Assembly: GCA_919902235.1 (NCBI GenBank)
Contig: CAKKQX010000017.1
Location: 1 to 40,762, forward strand
Direction of reading: 5' to 3'
Origin: Burkholderiales bacterium
Lineage (GTDB): Bacteria > Pseudomonadota > Gammaproteobacteria > Burkholderiales > SG8-41
Length of the DNA stretch: 40,762 nt
Under the pieces are notes generated by a model. It worked only from the letters and a program-made list of their open reading frames with translations. It was not told the origin of the DNA and did not search any database. Shown here in pieces: positions 35,454 through 40,762 of this stretch. Made by a program: the position numbers and the translations under genes. Position 1 is the first letter of the stretch, and each line of letters begins with the position of its first letter.

Positions 35454-35860
35454 GCCGCCTCCCCCTGTGCCGAGCGATAGCAAATCGCGGCGTGCTTGGC
35501 GCAGTAGGGGCCGTGCACAACCTTCTCGCAGCAGAAGCGGAATTCGTGCGCCTTCGGATCGCCGAAGGGATAGCGGCACAGGCCCGGCGCGGTTTGCCGC
35601 ATCAGGCTGTCGATCCGTGCGCGCGAGGCCCCCAAGAAGCACCCATAGAACGGTGTACGGTAGTCCTTTCGGCTCCGGTTATGCCCGCGCACCCGGTCGT
35701 CGGCGATGCGGCGCGCGAGGACGGCGAGGACGGTGTTGCGCGAGAGGCCCATATCCCGTGCGATCTGGCCACCGCTCAAGCTCGGATCGGCCAGCTTCAT
35801 CGCCACGATCTGGTCGTTGCGTTCCTTGGTCTCGGCCTTCGGCTTTCCTACCATCGCCAT
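35450..35860 (-). CDS. gcrA: GcrA cell-cycle-regulator homologue
   Basis: N-terminal SGGQIARDMGLSRNTV HTH; C-terminal CRYPFGDP...FRFC...PYCAKHAAICY. Confidence 0.75.
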   Translation of the reverse strand: MAMVGKPKAETKERNDQIVAMKLADPSLSGGQIARDMGLSRNTVLAVLARRIADDRVRGHNRSRKDYRTPFYGCFLGASRARIDSLMRQTAPGLCRYPFGDPKAHEFRFCCEKVVHGPYCAKHAAICYRSAQGEAA

Positions 35861-36030
35861 AGCCCCCAGCCCAGGTCGAACAGGCGCGTCAGTCCATGTC
35901 CGACGAACCCGGCCGCGACGATGAACGCCGGCCACAGCCCGAGCCACAGCGTCAGAAAACCCCACCAGCCCCACGCCTCGCTCGGAGCCGTTTCGGCCGG
36001 CCGTAGTCGGCGCCGCCAGAACGCCATCAC
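35848..36030 (-). CDS. Small membrane protein
   Basis: 60 aa, Trp-rich hydrophobic; overlaps its neighbours. Confidence 0.5.
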   Translation of the reverse strand: MMAFWRRRLRPAETAPSEAWGWWGFLTLWLGLWPAFIVAAGFVGHGLTRLFDLGWGLWRW

Positions 36031-36233
36031 GCGCCCCCGTCGTCGGAATACTTGCCCCGGATGAACTGCTGGAAGAACGCGCCCTTGCTCGGCGCGCTCA
36101 TCATGCGGTCGAACAGGGCGCGCGAGACGCCGGTGTAGCGGTAGGTCTGACCGCTGGTGAACTCGACGGCCAGGATGTTGCCCTCCCAGCCCACGGCGGC
36201 GATGTTCGAAGAGGCGACCGGAACCATGTTCAT
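36027..36233 (-). CDS. KTSC-domain protein
   Basis: PVASSNIAAVGW...LAVEFTSG.TYRY.GV......MMSAPSKGAFF...IRGKY. Confidence 0.85.
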   Translation of the reverse strand: MNMVPVASSNIAAVGWEGNILAVEFTSGQTYRYTGVSRALFDRMMSAPSKGAFFQQFIRGKYSDDGGA

Positions 36234-36234
36234 G

Positions 36235-36723
36235 TCACGCCACCCGCTGCACGACGACCTCGGGAGCGCCGTCCGCCCCCTTCCGCACGCTCCACTTCCC
36301 CTTCCCCTCCGACTTGGCGCGCTTGTACGCGATGGCCCCCAACCGCGCTACAACCTTTGCGATGTCCTCGCCGAACTCCACCGGCACCACGAACGCATCG
36401 CCGACCGTGCACTCGGCCCACGGATACTTCGCCCGGAGCGCCGGAGAACCGCCCCGCGCCGCCGGAACCGGAATGTCCCGCCGAATCTCGTACTCCGCCT
36501 CGATCGGCCGCTCGGGCTTGCCGGCCAGGTCGCCCGCCACAGCCGGAACCGCAATCCGCGGCGCTTCGCCGTCCCGGCCGGCTGCCTCCGCAGGCCGGCT
36601 TTCCGCCACGTCGAGGGGGACAATCCGAGGGCACCCCGGCTGGTGCAGGCCGCCAAGTTCCAGACAATCCGGGCAAAGCCCCCGCGCACCGCCCATCCCG
36701 CCCCCTCCACCGCCGCTAGACAT
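36235..36723 (-). CDS. Putative DNA-binding protein, first gene of the late unit
   Basis: N-terminal CPDC...H..C; C-terminal IRRDIPVP...KYPWA...VGDAFVV motif; GGAGG upstream. Confidence 0.5.
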   Translation of the reverse strand: MSSGGGGGGMGGARGLCPDCLELGGLHQPGCPRIVPLDVAESRPAEAAGRDGEAPRIAVPAVAGDLAGKPERPIEAEYEIRRDIPVPAARGGSPALRAKYPWAECTVGDAFVVPVEFGEDIAKVVARLGAIAYKRAKSEGKGKWSVRKGADGAPEVVVQRVA

Positions 36724-36844
36724 GCCCTCAGTCCTCCAAGGTTGACCCGTGGTGCGCCGAAACCCCCTCGGAGCCCCCCACCCTAGCCAAAAGTACCTCA
36801 AAGCTCGCTGGCGGGCATCCTGGGAGGTCGGCGCTTCTCACACC

Positions 36845-36879
36845 ACCCTACCACAGCCCTAACTCCTGTCAACCGGAAA
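36845..36879 (-). promoter_or_regulatory. Leftward late-operon promoter with TTTCCGG upstream element
   Basis: TTTCCGG-TTGACA(36872-67)-16-TAGGGT(36850-45). Confidence 0.5.
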
Positions 36880-37410
36880 GTGGAAAAGATATATGAACTA
36901 TGGATGGCATAGGCAACTTTCTCTCACCCCCGTCGGAATACCAACCGTTCTCCCCACACACATTCACATCTACCCATTACCCACTACCATAACCACCCAC
37001 CCAGGCTTTGGAAACTAATACAGACAGTACTATATACTCTATCTAGCTTACTATAACTCTATGCTTTCAGGTAGGTGGTACTATCATACACAACTCTACA
37101 CTAAGCTACATATAGCGATATATACTCTAAACTATCTATCATCAACTACTACTTACATAACTCATAACTCTAAACTACTTATACTCTACTCTAGTTCTTT
37201 CTTTTATCTTAAGAAGAACTATAAGAAAGAAAGAATAGAAGTAGTAATAGGTGTATATATTCTAGGTTCTACCTTCCTTACTCTTGTCTTATCTTGCACA
37301 TGTTAGACTCTATAGAACTAGATAGAGTACATAATATATAATTGACAGGTTAGGGTTATAGGAGTATAGGGTTATGAGTATGCAGTTAGCAATGGGGAGT
37401 ATAGAGAGAT
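36880..37410. other. AT-rich non-coding region, candidate replication origin
   Basis: Far lower GC than the genome; C-rich to G-rich skew flip; ACTCTA repeats; inverted repeats; lies between divergent transcription units. Confidence 0.55.
37342..37370 (+). promoter_or_regulatory. Candidate rightward promoter
   Basis: TTGACA(37342-47)-17-TATAGG(37365-70). Confidence 0.4.
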
Positions 37411-37696
37411 GAGTAAGGCCAGAGTGAGGAAGCGGAGTTGGATGGTACGACGGGCCGGCTGTCCGCGGGCTGGGACGATGGGACATTGCCACGTCTACAA
37501 CTCTAGCGGGCAATTCGCTGGGCTGGTCTGCGTGAACAGCCTGGCGCCTATCGCGCTGCGCTGACCCCTCCCCAAGGCCAGGTAGGCCGCCCTTCTCCCC
37601 AGGATCGTCCGTGGTGCGCCTGGGATGGGATGGACAGGGGACACAGGCCGATAGAGGCTCGACACGCGCCACGGCTCAAACAACGGGGAAATCGAA

Positions 37697-38299
37697 ATGA
37701 AATTCGAGGTTAAAAACCGCCTTACCGGCGCGGTTCAATTCGTCGCGGAAATCGAGTGCGAGGAGGGCGCCACATATTCGCTGAAGCTCGGTCTGGCCGT
37801 CAGGTGGGGTTTCAAAAATAATGCCTGCCTGGGCGGGGCCGACCTGCGCGGGGCCGACCTGGGCGGGGCCTACCTGGGCGGGGCCTACCTGCGCGGGGCC
37901 TACCTGGGCGGGGCCTACCTGGGCGGGGCCGACCTGCGCGGGGCCTACCTGGGCGGGGCCGACCTGCGCGGGGCCGACCTGCGCGGGGCCGACCTGCGCG
38001 GGGCCGACCTGGGCGGGGCCGACCTGCGCGGGGCCTACCTGGGCGGGGCCTACCTGCGCGGGGGCAAACTCGCGGACAACAACCCGCTGGCGATGCTTGG
38101 CCAACCCGATGGATGGGACGCTTTCACCTACTTCACCGAGAAGGGCGAGCAACGTGCGCTTGTCGGCTGCCATGACTTCACGCTGGCCGAGGGCCGCGCG
38201 TATTGGGCCGGCAAGGAAAATCGCCGCGAGGTCATGGCCGCGCTGGGCTATGCAGAAGCGATTAGTCGGATTCGTGGCTGGACCAAGAACCGCGCGTGA
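37697..38299 (+). CDS. Pentapeptide-repeat protein
   Basis: 16 A(D/Y/C)L(R/G)G units flanked by MKFEVKNRLTG and VGCHDFTL domains. Confidence 0.9.
   Translation: MKFEVKNRLTGAVQFVAEIECEEGATYSLKLGLAVRWGFKNNACLGGADLRGADLGGAYLGGAYLRGAYLGGAYLGGADLRGAYLGGADLRGADLRGADLRGADLGGADLRGAYLGGAYLRGGKLADNNPLAMLGQPDGWDAFTYFTEKGEQRALVGCHDFTLAEGRAYWAGKENRREVMAALGYAEAISRIRGWTKNRA
37823..38062 (+). repeat. 16 x 15-bp tandem repeat, consensus GCC(G/T)ACCTG(C/G)GCGGG
   Basis: Counted directly; encodes the pentapeptide units (the first unit has TGC). Confidence 0.95.
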
Positions 38300-39957
38300 A
38301 CATCACCTACCACAGTCCGCTCCACCGCTTCGAGGCGTTCGTTCCCTTCGAGGCGGCGCGGGAGCGCGAGACGATCAAACGCGCGGGCTGGTCCTGGGAC
38401 AAGCAGCGTCGTTGCTGGTGGACCGTCGTGCGCGAGCGCGTCCAGCCGTTCCTCGCGGCCTGCGATGTCGCCGCGCGCATGGAGCTGACCGTCAACCCCT
38501 TCGAGGCCCATGCCGCCGAACTCGCCAGCCAAGGCTCCGATGTCGAGCTTGATGTGCCCGCGCCCGCGGGCCTGCAATACCGGGGCTATCAGCGCGCCGG
38601 CATCGCCTATGCCCTGGCGCGCGAGCGCGTGTTGCTGGCCGACGAAATGGGCCTGGGCAAAACCATCCAGGCCATCGGCTGCGTGAACATGCGCCGCGAC
38701 GTGCGCAAGGTTATCATCCTCTGCAATGCTTCGCTTCGGCTGAACTGGCGCAGGGAGTGGGCGCGCTGGAACACCACGGGGATATTCCCCGCGCTGGTCA
38801 ACACGTCCTGGCCGCGTGAGGCGCGCGCTGGCCTCGCGGACGCGCCCATGGCGCTGATCGTCAGCTATACCAGCGTCCACAAATGGCGGCGCTTCATCGA
38901 CGCCTGGGGGCCGGACGCGGTGATCTGCGACGAAAGCCACGCGCTCAAGAACTCTAAGACGCGCCAGGCCCGCAACGTGCTGGGCTTCCAGCGGCCGGGC
39001 CACGCCATGCACCGCCCGCGCATCCCCGCCAAATACTGGATGCTGCTGACCGGCACGCCGATCCTCAACCGGCCGGCCGAACTGTGGACGACGTGCCGCC
39101 TGCTGGATCCGCAAGGTCTCGGCCGTGACCGCCAAGCCTACATGATGCGCTACGCCGAAAGCCCCGCGCGTTTGGGCGAACTCCACCGCCTGCTGCGCCA
39201 GCGGTTCATGGTGCGCAGGCTCAAGGCCGACGTGCTGAAGGAACTGCCCCCCAAAACGCGCGAGCTAGTGACGGTCGAGCTGGACGACGAAGCGCCGCTG
39301 CTGGCCGAGCAAGAGGTGATGGAAAAGGCGCGCCAGCGCATGGCGGCGCTCAAGGGCGCGCTGCCCCAGCGCGGCGCCCAAGGCTACGCCGAGGCCGTGC
39401 GCGAGTTGCAGGAAGGCCGCCACATGGCGATGACGGAACTGGCGCACGCGCGTTACGTCACGGCGATGGCGAAGCTGCCGAAAGTGATCGACCACCTGAA
39501 AGGGGTTCTGGATGAGCAAACGAAAATCGTCGTCTTTTGCTGGCACCATGACGTTCTCGACGGCCTTCGATCGGCGTTCGCTCAAGACTGCGTTACGGTC
39601 GATGGCCGCGTCGATCCTCAAGACCGCCAAGCCGCTGTGGATAGTTTTCAGCGACCGGAAGGGCCGCGTGTGTTTCTCGGCTCTATACGAGCCGCCGGAC
39701 TCGGCATCACCCTTACCGCCGCATCCTATGTCGCCTTCGCCGAACTCGACTGGACGCCGGCGATGATGATGCAGGCCGAGGACCGCCTGCATCGCATCGG
39801 CCAGGACAACGCCGTGCTGGTGCAGCACATCGTCGCGGATCGCTCGATCGACGCGAAAATGGCGAAGATGCTGGTGGACAAGCAGGCCGTCATCGGCCAG
39901 GTGCTGGACGGCGCGCCCGAGCGCGAGGCCGCGATGGTGGACGAATTGCTGGCCTAG
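38296..39957 (+). CDS. SNF2-family (HARP/SMARCAL1-like) helicase
   Basis: YQ..G, LLADEMGLGKT, DESH, LTGTPILNRP, VRRLK.DVL.ELPPK, GLGITLT, QAEDR.HRIGQ. Confidence 0.9.
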   Translation: MNITYHSPLHRFEAFVPFEAARERETIKRAGWSWDKQRRCWWTVVRERVQPFLAACDVAARMELTVNPFEAHAAELASQGSDVELDVPAPAGLQYRGYQRAGIAYALARERVLLADEMGLGKTIQAIGCVNMRRDVRKVIILCNASLRLNWRREWARWNTTGIFPALVNTSWPREARAGLADAPMALIVSYTSVHKWRRFIDAWGPDAVICDESHALKNSKTRQARNVLGFQRPGHAMHRPRIPAKYWMLLTGTPILNRPAELWTTCRLLDPQGLGRDRQAYMMRYAESPARLGELHRLLRQRFMVRRLKADVLKELPPKTRELVTVELDDEAPLLAEQEVMEKARQRMAALKGALPQRGAQGYAEAVRELQEGRHMAMTELAHARYVTAMAKLPKVIDHLKGVLDEQTKIVVFCWHHDVLDGLRSAFAQDCVTVDGRVDPQDRQAAVDSFQRPEGPRVFLGSIRAAGLGITLTAASYVAFAELDWTPAMMMQAEDRLHRIGQDNAVLVQHIVADRSIDAKMAKMLVDKQAVIGQVLDGAPEREAAMVDELLA

Positions 39958-40118
39958 CGCGGCGGCGTCGAGGTAATGTGCGGCATGAACACGGCGGGAG
40001 GACAAATGCCGCCCATCGTCGCCATGCTCTCCATGCTTCCCGCGTTGTGCCCTTCCTGATAGGCCATCAAGGCGATGAACCCGGCCAGCATCAGGCTCGC
40101 GACGATCTTGACGAGCAT
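39954..40118 (-). CDS. 54-aa protein with N-terminal hydrophobic segment
   Basis: MLVKIVASLMLAGFIALMAYQEG...; starts 1 nt after the helicase stop; its stop overlaps the SNF2 stop (CTAG). Confidence 0.4.
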   Translation of the reverse strand: MLVKIVASLMLAGFIALMAYQEGHNAGSMESMATMGGICPPAVFMPHITSTPPR

Positions 40119-40119
40119 G

Positions 40120-40704
40120 CTACCAGCCCTCCGCCGCTTCGCTGAAATCCCTGGCCCGCGGCGCGTCGGCCGGCACGAAGCAGCCGCGCCGCCACTCCAG
40201 CTTGAGCTTCCCGCCGTTGGCCGAGTAGTTGCTTTTCATGGTCTTGAGCCAGCGCACATACTTGTCGCCCTCGTCCTTGTTGCCGTCCTTGGTGAGATAC
40301 AGGCGCGAGCGCACGCTGTTGTTCCACGCCCGGTTGCCGCTGATCCCGCTGCCGCTGTTCAAGCCCTCGTTCGATGGATGGGCCGTCAGGATCACCACGC
40401 CCTGTATCTTGATCGCCAGGGCGCGCAAGGCGGTGATGAACCGGCGGACCTGGTTGCGCACGATCTCGTTGCCGCTGAACACGTCCGCCACGGTGTCCAG
40501 CACCACGATCTGCGCGCCGTGCTCCTGAACGACATGGGTTAACTGACTCATCAGCGGCTCGGGTCTGCCCCAATCCGTGCGCCGGTCGAAATCCATCAGC
40601 GCGTTTTCCTTGCCCGCGCGCTCGACCATCAGCATGTCGTCCAGGTCGCCCATCTCGATGCCGTATTGCGCGTTGATGTTGAATTGCCGCCGGTGCAGCT
40701 CGTC
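40120..40704 (-). CDS. RepA/AAA_25-type helicase, C-terminal part
   Basis: Walker B IVVLDT, GNE, ILTAHPS, SGNRAWNNSVRSRL, KSNY motifs. Confidence 0.85.
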   Translation of the reverse strand, partial: DELHRRQFNINAQYGIEMGDLDDMLMVERAGKENALMDFDRRTDWGRPEPLMSQLTHVVQEHGAQIVVLDTVADVFSGNEIVRNQVRRFITALRALAIKIQGVVILTAHPSNEGLNSGSGISGNRAWNNSVRSRLYLTKDGNKDEGDKYVRWLKTMKSNYSANGGKLKLEWRRGCFVPADAPRARDFSEAAEGW

Positions 40705-40729
40705 GGCGTCGTCCTCGCAGCCGAAGAAG
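40705..40729. repeat. Terminal direct repeat (circular overlap), copy 2
   Basis: Identical to 1-25; followed by 33 unrelated nt. Confidence 0.9.
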
Positions 40730-40762
40730 CGGTCAGCGAGATCGTGCCGGTCAACGGCGAGG

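Noticed and set aside
37061-37306. 81-aa ORF in the AT-rich island
   Set aside because: Low-complexity Tyr/Leu/Thr composition, no RBS, and codon usage unlike the genome.
37348-37375. Telomere-like TTAGGG/TAGGGTTA words
   Set aside because: Only two copies within a G-skewed tract; no array and no protelomerase.
37823-38062. CRISPR array or DGR template
   Set aside because: The units are contiguous 15-mers with no spacers, in frame in a pentapeptide CDS. There are no cas or reverse transcriptase genes.
37676-38552. Alternative-frame repeat ORFs (QVGPA)n and (AGPTW/C)n
   Set aside because: By-products of the 15-bp repeat. The A(D/Y)L(R/G)G frame has the RBS and coherent flanking domains.
40730-40762. 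33-nt tail after the terminal repeat as an att site/host junction
   Set aside because: It would split the helicase gene and no integrase is present. An assembly or read artefact is more likely, though read mapping is needed to be sure.
1-40762. tRNA, rRNA or IS elements
   Set aside because: No cloverleaf with T-loop consensus, rRNA-like tract or transposase was seen by eye; tRNAscan was not run.

Overview
The window is an apparently complete, GC-rich, circular(ly permuted) dsDNA phage genome of about 40,704 bp. Bases 1-25 recur at 40705-40729, and a RepA/AAA_25-type helicase gene reads in frame across that junction. It has podovirus-like architecture: large terminase, P22-like portal, scaffold, N4-gp56-like capsid, adaptor and nozzle, fibre proteins, three ejection proteins and no tape measure. 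It also carries a YqaJ/ERF/RusA/SNF2 recombination-replication set, a Cro-like HTH, a GcrA homologue (which points to an alphaproteobacterial host) and an MT-A70 methylase. I found no integrase, CI repressor, DNA polymerase or RNA polymerase. The most unusual feature is that four tail/fibre-region proteins start with Sec-type signal peptides, are Ser/Thr-rich and (three of the four) have paired cysteines. An O-antigen-ligase/oligosaccharyltransferase-family gene is inserted among them. Together these suggest periplasmic maturation (disulfide bonding, possibly glycosylation) of virion appendages. Other leads are a switch-like RNA leader (7705-7806), a candidate anti-SD sRNA in the lysis cassette (about 22224-22303), tandem NrdR-like boxes on the capsid promoter, a terminase with a duplicated nuclease domain, and an AT-rich skew-switch origin candidate. 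All family calls come from motif recognition by eye; no searches were run.
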